Shown in pieces: positions 26,883 to 35,634 of a DNA stretch of 64,000 nucleotides (its first letter is position 1; each line of letters starts with the position of its first letter). Where the stretch lies: positions 2,632-66,631 of the forward strand of contig JBGAHX010000020.1 in NCBI GenBank assembly GCA_044225935.1, given 5' to 3'. This DNA is from Gemmatimonadaceae bacterium (GTDB taxonomy: Bacteria > Gemmatimonadota > Gemmatimonadetes > Gemmatimonadales > Gemmatimonadaceae). A program made the position numbers and the translations under genes. The notes under the pieces are model-generated. The model saw only the letters and a program-made list of their open reading frames with translations, was not told where the DNA came from and made no database searches.

Positions 26883-27352
26883 GAGACGCCTTCCTTTCCC
26901 TTGCGATTGATGTCGTCCGACGAGGTGAATCGCGTCAGCGCGATTGCGTCCATCGCTGCCAGGTCGCGCGCGTTTTCGTCGGCGCGGTGCAAGTCGAGCC
27001 GCTTCTCGCGCAGCCGGTCGAGCACCTGTCGTTCCTGCGAGGCAGCCGAGAGCAGCTGGTGCTGCGAGTCCACCGCCTGTTCAGCTGCAACGGTGCGCTC
27101 GTCGGCCTGCTCGACGCGCTCCTGCAGAGGAGAGATGGTCTGCGCGAGGCTCACGAGGTGGCCGATGGTCGTCCCGCCCCCCGTCGCCGACGCCAGGCGC
27201 GTGTGCGCCGCCGCGTGCGCATCGGCGAGCGCGTCGCGCACGTCTCGCTCCTGGTCCGCTTCCAGCCGCTTGAATGCGAGCTGACGGGCCATCTCCTGTT
27301 CGTGCTTGGCCTTGAGGTCGAGGAGGCGCTGCAGCGGAAACTTGAACGTCAT
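26879..27352 (-). CDS. fliJ: Flagellar export protein FliJ
   Basis: MTFKFPLQRLLDLKAKHEQEMARQLA..., coiled coil, about 157 aa, follows fliI. Confidence 0.8.
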   Translation of the reverse strand: MTFKFPLQRLLDLKAKHEQEMARQLAFKRLEADQERDVRDALADAHAAAHTRLASATGGGTTIGHLVSLAQTISPLQERVEQADERTVAAEQAVDSQHQLLSAASQERQVLDRLREKRLDLHRADENARDLAAMDAIALTRFTSSDDINRKGKEGVS

Positions 27353-28677
27353 GACGCCGCCTGGCCGACACCGGCCCGTTGCGTGAGCGAGATGAGTGAC
27401 TGGCGCGTCTGGTCGAACGACGTGACCTCATCGGGGCGCTGCTGCAGGAACGAGAGCACCTGGTCGCGCGAGCGCAGCGCCGCGTCGACCATCGGGTCGC
27501 TCCCCTTCTGGTACGCGCCGACCATGATGAGGTCTTCCTTCTCGCGATACGCCGCTTCGAGGCGCATCAGCGTGTTGGCGGCAGAGCGCTGCGGCGCGTC
27601 GATGATCATGTCGCGCACGCGGCTCTTGCTCTCCAGCACGTCGATCGACGGGAAGTGTCCGGCGCTCGCCAGGCGGCGCGTGAGCACGACGTGTCCGTCG
27701 AGAATCGATCGGGCTGCGTCGGCGACCGGCTCGTTGAAGTCGTCGCCGTCCACGAGCACCGTGTAGATCCCGGTGATCCCGCCCGACGAGCTGTTGCCGG
27801 CGCGCTCGAGGAGACGCGGAAGATTCGCGAAGACCGACGGCGGATACCCCTTGGTCGTCGGCGGCTCGCCGGTGGCGAGCCCGATCTCGCGCCACGCCAT
27901 CGCCACGCGCGTGACCGAGTCGACCATCAGCAGGACGTGTTTCCCCTGGTCGCGGAAGTATTCGGCGATCGAGGTCGCCACCAGGGCGCCACGGGCGCGC
28001 ACCAGTGCGGCCTGGTCGCCGGTCGCGACGATGATGACCGAGCGGGCGAGCCCCTCCGGTCCTAACGAGTGCTCGATGAAGTCGCGCACCTCGCGTCCAC
28101 GCTCGCCAAGGAGGGCGATCACGTTCACGTCGGCGGTCGCCTGGCGGGCAATCATGCCGAGCAGCGTCGATTTCCCCACGCCCGAGCCGGCGAAGATCCC
28201 GACGCGCTGTCCCTTGCCGAAGGTCAGCATGCCATCGAGGGCGCGCACGTTCGTCACCAGCGGTTCGGTGATCAGCTGGCGCTCGAGCGGATGCGGCGGT
28301 TCGCCGGTGAGCGGAACGCGCTCCTTCGCCTCCAACTTCCCCTTGCCGTCGATCGGGTGCCCGAGCCCGTTCAGCACGCGGCCGAGCATCCCCGGTCCCA
28401 CGTCGACACCGAACGAGCGACCGAGCGGCTGTACGCAGCTCCCCGGGTGCAGCCCGGCCAGCTCGCCTAACGGCATGAGGAGGACGCCGCGCTCGTGGAA
28501 GCCGACGACCTCGGCGAGCACCGAGTAGTCGTCGGTGAGCGATGAGATGCGGCACAGTTCCCCGACGCCCACGTCGAGACCGACCGCCTCCACCACCAGC
28601 CCCACGAGGCGGGTGACGCGGCCGTAGCGCGCGAAACGCGAGACGTCGACGATGCGACGGGCGAGGGTATCAGGCAC
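27349..28677 (-). CDS. fliI: Flagellum-specific ATPase FliI
   Basis: Walker A GIFAGSGVGKSTLLGMIA, Walker B VLLMVDSVTR. The start is uncertain: the in-frame GTG at 28677 overlaps fliH by 8 nt; the track ORF extends to 28776 inside fliH. Confidence 0.9.
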   Translation of the reverse strand: MPDTLARRIVDVSRFARYGRVTRLVGLVVEAVGLDVGVGELCRISSLTDDYSVLAEVVGFHERGVLLMPLGELAGLHPGSCVQPLGRSFGVDVGPGMLGRVLNGLGHPIDGKGKLEAKERVPLTGEPPHPLERQLITEPLVTNVRALDGMLTFGKGQRVGIFAGSGVGKSTLLGMIARQATADVNVIALLGERGREVRDFIEHSLGPEGLARSVIIVATGDQAALVRARGALVATSIAEYFRDQGKHVLLMVDSVTRVAMAWREIGLATGEPPTTKGYPPSVFANLPRLLERAGNSSSGGITGIYTVLVDGDDFNEPVADAARSILDGHVVLTRRLASAGHFPSIDVLESKSRVRDMIIDAPQRSAANTLMRLEAAYREKEDLIMVGAYQKGSDPMVDAALRSRDQVLSFLQQRPDEVTSFDQTRQSLISLTQRAGVGQAAS

Positions 28678-29359
28678 CGGTGTACGTGACGCGGCGGTAG
28701 AGGCGCTCGAGCGCCGTGTCGACGCGACCATCGACGATCCGGTCGCGCCCTTCGATGAGGCACCCGCCAGCCGCAATACGCGGATCGGCGAGCCAATGCA
28801 CTTCCTTGCGCGGGGCGAGCGGCGAGGCGTCGCCTAACGCCGCAAACGCGCCGTTGATCACCTGCAGGTCCTGCGGGTTGAGGCGGAGCGTCACCGGCTG
28901 GTCGAGCGGGAACTCCTCCAGCGCCTGCGCGACCATCGTCGACAGCCCCGACTTGTCGAGCGTCACCTCGCGTCCGATCACCTGTCGCGCGACCGCGACG
29001 GCCAGCGCGCAGATGTTCTCTTCGGCGTTCCCGACCCAACGCGCGGCATCGGCATTCAGCGACTCGAGCGCCTCGGTCAACGCGTCCATCGCGTAGCGCA
29101 GCCGCGCGGTTGCCTCCTGGTCGCCCACACGGCGCCCTTCAGCGACGCCGCGTTCGTACGCCTCCTGCATTGCGCGCTCGAGGAACTCCGGATCCGGGGC
29201 CGCGGGCTCCGCGTCCGCCGCATCCTCCTCCTGACGGCGCAGCGCTTCGTGCAACCCACGCGTGTCGAGCGCGAGCTCTTCCGGCGCCCACATCACGGGG
29301 TGATGTGTGCCCTCCGACGACTCGGTCCGTCCGCCGCGCGGACTACTGGACCATGTCAT
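28670..29359 (-). CDS. fliH: Flagellar export regulator FliH
   Basis: Central EAYERGVAEG... and C-terminal GGCLIEGRDRIVDGRVDTALERL are FliH-like. Lies between fliG and fliI. Confidence 0.8.
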   Translation of the reverse strand: MTWSSSPRGGRTESSEGTHHPVMWAPEELALDTRGLHEALRRQEEDAADAEPAAPDPEFLERAMQEAYERGVAEGRRVGDQEATARLRYAMDALTEALESLNADAARWVGNAEENICALAVAVARQVIGREVTLDKSGLSTMVAQALEEFPLDQPVTLRLNPQDLQVINGAFAALGDASPLAPRKEVHWLADPRIAAGGCLIEGRDRIVDGRVDTALERLYRRVTYTGA

Positions 29360-30398
29360 CGTCGCCTCCGCTCAGCACGATTTCGCCCGCTTCCTCGAGC
29401 TTGCGGACCATCGCCACGATATTGGCCTGCGCGCCCTCGACGTCGCGCATGCGCACGGCGCCAAGCATTTCCATCTCGTCGTTGAGCGCCTGCACGGCGC
29501 GTTGCGACATCGCGCCCGTGATCTTGCCGCGCAGTTCGGCGCTCGCCGCCTTGAGGGCGAGCGACAGCTCCTTCGAGTCCACGTCGCGCAGCAGGCGCTG
29601 GAGGGCGCGTGCGTCGAGCGTGCCGATGTCCTCGAAGACGAACATGAGGTTCTTGATCTGATCGCAGAGCCCCTGGTCCATCGTCGAGACGCCGTCGAGC
29701 AGCACCTTCTCCAACGAGGCGGCGACGTAGTTGAGCACCGAGGCCACCGCCGCCGGTCCACCCGACGACGACATCCCCTGCGTCGCCGTGAGGTCGGCGT
29801 CGGCGCTCAGCGAGCGCTCGATGAGCATGAGGAGCTCGGGCTGCACCTTCTCCATCTTCGCCATGCGATACACGACCTCGGCACCGATGCTGGTGTCGAG
29901 TTCCTTGAGGATCGCGGCGGTGTGCTGGGGATCGAGGTGCGCAAGGATGAGCGCGATCGTCTGCGGATGTTCACCGCCCAGCATCTGCCCGAGCTGCTGC
30001 GGGTCGGCGTTGCGGAGGCGGTGCAGACCGATCGTGTTCTGCAGCTGCCCCTGAATGCGCTCCAGCACCTGCGACGCCTTGCGGCTGCCGAAGGCCTTCT
30101 CGAGGATCTCGCGCGCCGCGTCCACACCGCCCTGCGCGAGGGAGTCGGCGACCATGATGCGCGTCATCCACTCGTCGAGCACCGCGTCGACCACGCTGGG
30201 CGAGACGCTCTCGAGGCGCGCGATCTCGAACGAGATCGCGTCCACCTCTTCGGAGGCCATCTTCTGCGTGATCGCCGCGGCGACGTCTGAGCCGAGCGCA
30301 AGGCACATGATCGCGGCCTTCTGGCGCCCCGACAGGGACTGCGGATCGACCAGGTCGAGCGCGTTGGAGCTGCCGCGAGTGGCGAGGGCGGTACTCAC
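29343..30398 (-). CDS. fliG: Flagellar rotor/switch protein FliG
   Basis: LSGRQKAAIMCLALGSDVAAAITQKM..., MFVFEDI and C-terminal torque-helix region; GTG start at 30398. Confidence 0.92.
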   Translation of the reverse strand: MSTALATRGSSNALDLVDPQSLSGRQKAAIMCLALGSDVAAAITQKMASEEVDAISFEIARLESVSPSVVDAVLDEWMTRIMVADSLAQGGVDAAREILEKAFGSRKASQVLERIQGQLQNTIGLHRLRNADPQQLGQMLGGEHPQTIALILAHLDPQHTAAILKELDTSIGAEVVYRMAKMEKVQPELLMLIERSLSADADLTATQGMSSSGGPAAVASVLNYVAASLEKVLLDGVSTMDQGLCDQIKNLMFVFEDIGTLDARALQRLLRDVDSKELSLALKAASAELRGKITGAMSQRAVQALNDEMEMLGAVRMRDVEGAQANIVAMVRKLEEAGEIVLSGGDDDMVQ

Positions 30399-30401
30399 GC
30401 G

Positions 30402-31955
30402 TTAGGCCTCCTTCAGCCAGGCACGCATGAGCTTCGTCGCGATTTCGGGCTGCTGCTCGACCGTCGAGGCGACGCGTTGCTTCGTTTCCTGGTTGGCCTG
30501 CAGCGCCGCGAGCTCGGGGAGCATCTTGAGCGCACGCGAAGGATCCTCGACCTCGGCGGGCCCCGCCGAAGGGAGCGAGTCGGCGTCGAAGCGTTGCACG
30601 CTCGCCATGTCCATCTGCGCCGACGCCGTCAGCCGCGGCACCTCGGCCGGGGGCGACGGTGCGCGCAGCGAGCGGATGGCCATGAAGCCGATCACAAAGG
30701 CGAAGAGCAGGGCAGCGCTGTTGAGGATGAGCGATTGGTTCTGCTGCACCTTCTGCAGTGCCGTCGGCGGCGCCTCGACCTTGGGCGGAATGATCGCCGG
30801 CGCGGCGAACGGCACCGACACGACCGACACCTGGTCGCCGCGCGCCGAGTCGAAGCCGACGGCGCCCCGCACCAGAGTGTCGAGGCGGGCGAGTTCCTCC
30901 GGCGTGCGTGCCTGAAACGTCGCGCTGTCGCCGGTGCCGACCTGCTTGTCGTTCACGAGGACCGCCACCGTCAGGCGCCTAACGGTGCCTGCCGCCGGGG
31001 CGAAGACCTCGGTGCTCTTGGAGTTCTCGTACGTCGTGGCCTGGTTGCTCGACCCGGCGCCACCCTGTGCCCCCGGGACGATCTCGGCCTTCTGCTCCGA
31101 CGCTGTTGCCGCCTTGTCGGGATCGAGCGTCTGCGTCGTGCGCTCGACGCGATCGAAGTTCATCGAGGCCGCCACCTGCACGCGCGCGTTGTCGCGCCCC
31201 ACCACCTGGCCGACGATCTCCTCGGCCTTCTGGCGGAAGTGCTCTTCCATCTCCTGCTGCACCTCGAGCTGGCGCGAGGTGAGGCCGGCCATCGACGTGC
31301 GATCGGCCGGCAACGAGAGGAGGCGCCCCGCGTCGTCGACCACGGTCACGTCCTCGCTCTGCAGCCGGTCGACGCTCGACGCGACCAACTGGGCAATGCC
31401 ACGCACCACGTCGGCTGGCGGATCGGCCCCGTTCTTGAGCTTGAGCACCACGCTCGCGGTGGCCGGATTCGCCGCGCTGCGGAACGTGGAGGTTTCCTGG
31501 ATCGCCAGGTGCACCTGCGCCGACTCGACGCCTCGCATCTTCCCGATCGTGCGCTCGAGTTCTCCCTCGAGCGCGCGGCGGTAGTTGATGCGCTGCGTGA
31601 AGTCGGTCATCGCGTACGCCGGCTGGTCGAAGATCTCCATCCCGGGGCGGCCGGCGTTAGGCAGGCCACCGTCCTTCGCCACCGCCACGCGCGCGCGCGC
31701 GAGGTCGGTCGCCGCCACCAGCACGTCGGCACCGCCGCGCTCGAGGCGATAGAGGATCCCCGCCTGCGTGAGGCCGTCGGTGATCTTCGCGCTCTCCTCG
31801 AGCGAGATGGACTGGAAGATCGGGACGAACGTGGGGGCCGTGGCCCACCGCGAGACGCCAATGATCAGCGCGATGGCGCCCAACCCGACGGCAATCGTCG
31901 AGATGCGGCGCCATCCGCCGAGTCGTTCGATCATGTCGCGCAATCCTTCAGGCAT
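30402..31955 (-). CDS. fliF: MS-ring protein FliF
   Basis: 517 aa, YscJ/FliF family (RARVHLAIQE..., VAVLVND), two TM segments. Confidence 0.9.
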   Translation of the reverse strand: MPEGLRDMIERLGGWRRISTIAVGLGAIALIIGVSRWATAPTFVPIFQSISLEESAKITDGLTQAGILYRLERGGADVLVAATDLARARVAVAKDGGLPNAGRPGMEIFDQPAYAMTDFTQRINYRRALEGELERTIGKMRGVESAQVHLAIQETSTFRSAANPATASVVLKLKNGADPPADVVRGIAQLVASSVDRLQSEDVTVVDDAGRLLSLPADRTSMAGLTSRQLEVQQEMEEHFRQKAEEIVGQVVGRDNARVQVAASMNFDRVERTTQTLDPDKAATASEQKAEIVPGAQGGAGSSNQATTYENSKSTEVFAPAAGTVRRLTVAVLVNDKQVGTGDSATFQARTPEELARLDTLVRGAVGFDSARGDQVSVVSVPFAAPAIIPPKVEAPPTALQKVQQNQSLILNSAALLFAFVIGFMAIRSLRAPSPPAEVPRLTASAQMDMASVQRFDADSLPSAGPAEVEDPSRALKMLPELAALQANQETKQRVASTVEQQPEIATKLMRAWLKEA

Positions 31956-31970
31956 GCGGGGCGGCTACTC

Positions 31971-32390
31971 CTAGCTCGTCATGTTGATGAGGGCGCGATA
32001 TGCGTCCGTCACCTTGTTGCGCAACTCGATCATCACTTCCAGCGCGATCCCCGATTCCTCGGCGGCCGCCATCACCTGGTGCAGCTCGACCGGCTCGCCG
32101 CGCATGAAGCGCGCGCTCAAGTCGCTCGCATTGTCCTGCGCGTCGGAGACCTGGTTGATCGCCTTGGTCAGCGTCTCCCCAAACGACGGGCCGCCGGCGG
32201 CGCCCGCCTGATCTCCCTTGCCGATGTCGATCGTGTACCGCTTGACGCCGTCGGGACCGGTGACTCCGCCGGAGATCTTTCCGAAGGAGTCGCCGGCGCC
32301 GCCGTTCAGCGCGCCATTCAGGGCACCCTGGATTCCGCCCCCCTGCAACGCGGAAAGGCGCGAGGTGATCGCACCGATGGGATCGCTCAT
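31971..32390 (-). CDS. fliE: Hook-basal body complex protein FliE
   Basis: C-terminus FGETLTKAINQVSDAQDNASDL...ELHQVMAAAEESGIALEVMIELRNKVTDAYRALINM is FliE-like. The N-terminus is an unusually long Gly-rich extension. Confidence 0.8.
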   Translation of the reverse strand: MSDPIGAITSRLSALQGGGIQGALNGALNGGAGDSFGKISGGVTGPDGVKRYTIDIGKGDQAGAAGGPSFGETLTKAINQVSDAQDNASDLSARFMRGEPVELHQVMAAAEESGIALEVMIELRNKVTDAYRALINMTS

Positions 32391-32392
32391 GA

Positions 32393-32737
32393 TCAGGCCT
32401 TCACGTCGAGTCGTCCGCCGCGCGCCATGGGCGCGCTGGCCGGCATCTGCCCGGAGAGCACGCGCCCGTACGTCAGCGGTCCCATCGCCCCCAACTTGGC
32501 GAAGTAGGCGCGCTCATCCTGCGTGAGCACGCTCCACAGCGCGGGGTCGGTCCCTTGTGGCGGCTGGACGGGAACGCTCGCTGGGCTTGCAGCTGCCGGA
32601 GCACGGACGGCGGCGGTCTGCGCCGGAACGTTGGCGCGCTGCGCCTGTCCCGCCGTCCCCGCCTGATCGGGGCGCGCCGGCACGTTCGACGGCCGGATCG
32701 GCGCTCCATATGGTGATCGAATCCCGTTGATGCTCAT
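32393..32737 (-). CDS. Hypothetical protein inserted between flgC and fliE
   Basis: 114 aa with a Pro/Ala-rich N-terminal half and a C-terminal LWSVLTQDERAYFAKLGAMGPLTYG. Its stop is 2 nt from the fliE start. No family recognised. Confidence 0.5.
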   Translation of the reverse strand: MSINGIRSPYGAPIRPSNVPARPDQAGTAGQAQRANVPAQTAAVRAPAAASPASVPVQPPQGTDPALWSVLTQDERAYFAKLGAMGPLTYGRVLSGQMPASAPMARGGRLDVKA

Positions 32738-32767
32738 CAGGTGCCTATCGCTCTCTGTGGTTTGTCA

Positions 32768-32795
32768 CTCCCGTCCCCCGTCCCCCGTCCGTCTC
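32768..32795 (-). repeat. Heptamer array (plus strand CTCCCGT CCCCCGT CCCCCGT CCGTCTC), G-rich in gene sense
   Basis: Begins at the flgC stop codon and ends 30 nt upstream of the 32737 ATG. Confidence 0.85.
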
Positions 32796-33325
32796 TATAT
32801 GTCCAACGCTCGTCGCAGCAGCTGCTTCGCCGCCTGAAACACGGTGGCATTCGCCTCGTAGACCCGGCGCGCCTCCATCATGTCGACCAGCTCGTCCGTC
32901 ACTTGCACGTTGGGGTAGCGCACGTAACCGTTCGCATCGGCGTCGGGGTGCCCCGGGTCGTAGACCATCGGTCCTTCGCTCGGATCTTCCTCGATCGCGG
33001 TCGCGCGCACGCCGCCGTAACTGTCGGTCGGATCTTCCGGCGAGACGCCGGGCTGCATGTCGCTGCCTGGAAGCGGCGGATACGCCGGCGCTGAACCCTC
33101 GCGGATCGACGGCTCGGCCACGACGACGCGGCGGCGATACGGGCCGCCCCCTTCGGTGCGCGTCGTTTCGGCGTTGGCGATGTTCGTCGCCACCGTCTCC
33201 ATCCGCAGTCGCTGGAGCGACATCCCGCTGGTCGCGATGTCCATCGGACGGAAGAGCGGGGGACGCGGTGTGCGCTCCATGTTGTTGGTCAGGAGCGGAA
33301 GCATCTTGACTGGAGGGATCGTCAT
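32795..33325 (-). CDS. flgC: Proximal rod protein FlgC
   Basis: FRPMDIATSGMSLQRLRMETVATNIANAETTRT ... VYEANATVFQAAKQLLRRALDI. Its ATG overlaps the flgB stop by 1 nt. Confidence 0.9.
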   Translation of the reverse strand: MTIPPVKMLPLLTNNMERTPRPPLFRPMDIATSGMSLQRLRMETVATNIANAETTRTEGGGPYRRRVVVAEPSIREGSAPAYPPLPGSDMQPGVSPEDPTDSYGGVRATAIEEDPSEGPMVYDPGHPDADANGYVRYPNVQVTDELVDMMEARRVYEANATVFQAAKQLLRRALDI

Positions 33326-33609
33326 CAGCGCTCCCGGATCGCGAGGCGAAGCTTGGCGTAGGTCTTCTCGAGGAGCTTGGCCGTCGCTTCGTAGCGCAGC
33401 TGCTCATCGGCGAGCGACGTCATTTCGGCTTCCAGGTTCACCGCTTCGCCCGGCGCCGTCGTCCCATCGGGAAGGGCGAACCCGCTCTGGTTCTGCAGGG
33501 ACGCGCCGGAGACGCGCTGAGCGATCGACTTGACGCGCTGATTGCTCGCATCGAGTGCATCGCGCAGCTGCGGCGCCTGCGAAACCCGGCCAAAGAATCC
33601 GAAGAGCAT
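33325..33609 (-). CDS. flgB: Proximal rod protein FlgB (short, 94 aa)
   Basis: C-terminus VNLEAEMTSLADEQLRYEATAKLLEKTYAKLRLAI is FlgB-like. First gene of the unit, with a GGAGGGGG Shine-Dalgarno 2 nt upstream. Confidence 0.75.
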   Translation of the reverse strand: MLFGFFGRVSQAPQLRDALDASNQRVKSIAQRVSGASLQNQSGFALPDGTTAPGEAVNLEAEMTSLADEQLRYEATAKLLEKTYAKLRLAIRER

Positions 33610-33663
33610 CGCCCCCTCCGTGAAATCGGTCCCACGCGGTCACACGACCGCGCTCACTGGAAA

Positions 33664-33679
33664 GGCAATGCACGGACCA
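33664..33679 (-). promoter_or_regulatory. Candidate sigma54 promoter of the flgB operon
   Basis: Minus-strand TGGTCCGTGCATTGCC has GG-N10-GC spacing and an exact TTGC. About 55 nt upstream of the flgB ATG, just downstream of a terminator. Confidence 0.55.
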
Positions 33680-33701
33680 ATGGCCGAGGCGTGCAAACGA
33701 A

Positions 33702-33730
33702 AGGGGCGCCGCCGATTCCGGCGCGCCCCT
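33702..33730. terminator. Hairpin terminator after the sigma54 activator gene (T-rich tracts on both sides)
   Basis: AGGGGCGCCGCCG-ATTC-CGGCGCGCCCCT. On the minus strand it is followed by TTTCGTTTGC, on the plus strand by AAGTGTTTGTTGTTGTTG. Confidence 0.6.
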
Positions 33731-33966
33731 AAGTGTTTGTTGTTGTTGTGCTTAACTGCATCGTATCGCCGGCGTCTTCGTTCGATCTCGGTCTCGAATA
33801 TTCGTCTCGGGCAGGGCGCAGCTTTTACCTCGAAGGAAGAGTTTGCCGTCTCCGCGCGGTCACTCTTGCCCGCCTTGGCAACGACTCGCAATCATCTGGC
33901 AAACAGTCGCCGGTCGCGCCCGCGACCAGCGCGGGCCGGCGGCCGTCACCGTTTGCGAGGTGACTG

Positions 33967-35400
33967 CTATTCGTCCGCCACCGCCACCCGCTGCGGACCG
34001 TTCAACTTGTTCCGCAACGTGCGCACGCTGATCCCCAGGAGCTCGGCGGTCTTGGTGCGGTTGCCGCGCGTGAGCTCGAGTGCGCGCTGGATCATCGCCC
34101 GCTCCGCTTCCTCGACGTTGAGCGTCGTGAGGACGATCCCGTTCGGCGGCGTCGCCGCAACCGGCGGCGTCCCATCGACCGGCGTTCCGTTGCGCTGCAA
34201 GGCCTGGCGCACGAGCGGATGTTGCCCGACGGTTGCCATGCGCTGGTGGTCGAACAGGTGCGAGGCGAGTTCGGCGTCGTGCGAGAGAATCACCGCGCGC
34301 TCAACGGCGTGCTGCAGTTCGCGCACGTTCCCCGGCCACGGATAGTCCTGCAGGATCTTGATCGTGTCGGGAGCGATCCCGCTGATCTCCTTCCCCATCT
34401 CGCTCCCCGTTCGCATGGCGAAGCGATAGGCGAGAATGGGGATGTCATCCGGACGATCGCGCAGCGCAGGAATGGCGATCGGCACGACGCTCAATCGATA
34501 GTAGAGATCTTGCCGGAAGTGCCCAGCCGCCGCGAACTCGGCGAGGTTGCGATTCGTCGTCGCGATGACGCGCACGTCCACGCGTATGGAATGCGTCCCG
34601 CCCACGCGCTCGAATTCCTGCTCCTGCAGCACGCGCAGGAGCTTCGACTGCAGATCGAGACGCATCTCCGAGATTTCGTCGAGGAGGAGCGTCCCGCCGT
34701 GCGCGCGCTCGAATGCCCCTTCGACTCGCTTGATCGCACCGGTGAAGGCGCCGCGCTCGTGTCCGAACAATGCGCTCTCGATCAACCCCTCGGGGAGCGC
34801 TGCACAATTCAACTTGATGAACGGCTTGTCGCGACGGTCGCTCTGGTCATGGATCGCGCGGGCAAAGAGTTCCTTCCCCGTTCCGCTCTCGCCTTCCAGG
34901 AGCACCGTCGCGCGCGTCGGGGCGACCATCTGCACCGTCTGCAGGATGCGGCGGATCTGCAGGCTCTCGCCGATGATCTGTCGCTCGTTGCGGAACTCCA
35001 TGACTTCACGCCGCAGCGACTCGTTCTCGCGCCGGAGCCGCACGTACTCCAGCGCCTGTTCCACCGCGAGCTCGAGCTGCTGGGTGCGGACGGGCTTCGT
35101 TATATAGTCGATCGCCCCGGCCTTGATCGCCGCCACGGCGTGCTCGATGCTCGCGTAGCCCGTGAGCATGATCAGCGGGATGTCGTATCCCTCACGCTGC
35201 AGGAGCGAGAGGAACTCGAGCCCGGTGAGGCCCGGCATGCGGTAGTCGGAGATGATCAGGTCGATACTCTCGCGCGAGAGCACCTGGAGCGCCTCCACGA
35301 CGTTGCGGGCACCAGTCGGCTGGTGGCCGGCGCGCGAGAGCGTGTCCTCGAGGATCAGGCCGACGGACGGTTCGTCATCGACGTACAGGATATTCGCCAT
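33967..35400 (-). CDS. Sigma54-dependent response regulator (REC + AAA+ + Fis-type HTH; FleR/FlrC/FlbD-like)
   Basis: REC (ILYVDDEP...LIISDYRMPGLTG), Walker A GESGTGKELFARAIH, GAFTGA sigma54-contact motif, and C-terminal HTH NRTKTAELLGISVRTLRNKL. Confidence 0.9.
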   Translation of the reverse strand: MANILYVDDEPSVGLILEDTLSRAGHQPTGARNVVEALQVLSRESIDLIISDYRMPGLTGLEFLSLLQREGYDIPLIMLTGYASIEHAVAAIKAGAIDYITKPVRTQQLELAVEQALEYVRLRRENESLRREVMEFRNERQIIGESLQIRRILQTVQMVAPTRATVLLEGESGTGKELFARAIHDQSDRRDKPFIKLNCAALPEGLIESALFGHERGAFTGAIKRVEGAFERAHGGTLLLDEISEMRLDLQSKLLRVLQEQEFERVGGTHSIRVDVRVIATTNRNLAEFAAAGHFRQDLYYRLSVVPIAIPALRDRPDDIPILAYRFAMRTGSEMGKEISGIAPDTIKILQDYPWPGNVRELQHAVERAVILSHDAELASHLFDHQRMATVGQHPLVRQALQRNGTPVDGTPPVAATPPNGIVLTTLNVEEAERAMIQRALELTRGNRTKTAELLGISVRTLRNKLNGPQRVAVADE

Positions 35401-35443
35401 GCGGGTGACGGGCGTGTTACGGGTGACGGGGAGAGCGGGGCGC

Positions 35444-35533
35444 GGAAGTGCGAGGTCCGGAAGTGCGAGATCGGGAAGTGCGAGATCGGGAAGTGCGAGA
35501 TCGGGAAGTGCGAGATCGGGAAGTGCGAGAAGC
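35444..35533. repeat. Six tandem 15 bp units GGAAGTGCGAGATCG in a divergent regulatory region
   Basis: Units start at 35444, 35459, 35474, 35489, 35504 and 35519. The four central units are identical and the outer two differ by 2-3 nt. The SHFPI-repeat ORFs in the track are artefacts of this array. Confidence 0.95.
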
Positions 35534-35536
35534 GGT

Positions 35537-35563
35537 TAAGCAATCGAGCCAGGTGGTCGATAC
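35537..35563 (+). promoter_or_regulatory. Candidate sigma28 (FliA) promoter for flgL-fliW
   Basis: TTAAGCA-N14-TCGATAC. Same architecture as the sites upstream of fliC and flgM. About 70 nt upstream of the flgL ATG. Confidence 0.55.
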
Positions 35564-35634
35564 TCGCACATGACGCACATCACGCGCGGTCGGCAACTTC
35601 TTCCGCTCGGACATTCTCGCCGCCCAAGGGTCGT

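Noticed and set aside
28677-28776. N-terminal 33-codon extension of fliI
   Set aside because: It overlaps the 3-prime end of fliH out of frame and is Ser/Ala/Thr-rich. An in-frame GTG at 28677, close to the fliH stop, is more plausible, though the true start is unproven.
35444-35533. Possible CRISPR array (and likewise the 7, 8 and 9 nt arrays)
   Set aside because: The units are contiguous, with no spacers, and are far shorter than CRISPR repeats. No cas genes are present in the window.
35355-35614. Small ORFs with SHFPI or SRTSR peptide repeats
   Set aside because: Artefacts of translating the 15 bp tandem array in different frames.
34219-35634. 5-prime 470 codons of the 765-aa plus-strand ORF 34219..36516
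   Set aside because: This part is antisense to the clearly genuine sigma54 activator gene and runs through the 15 bp repeat array (KCEIG repeats). Only the portion from ATG 35635 onward is FlgL.
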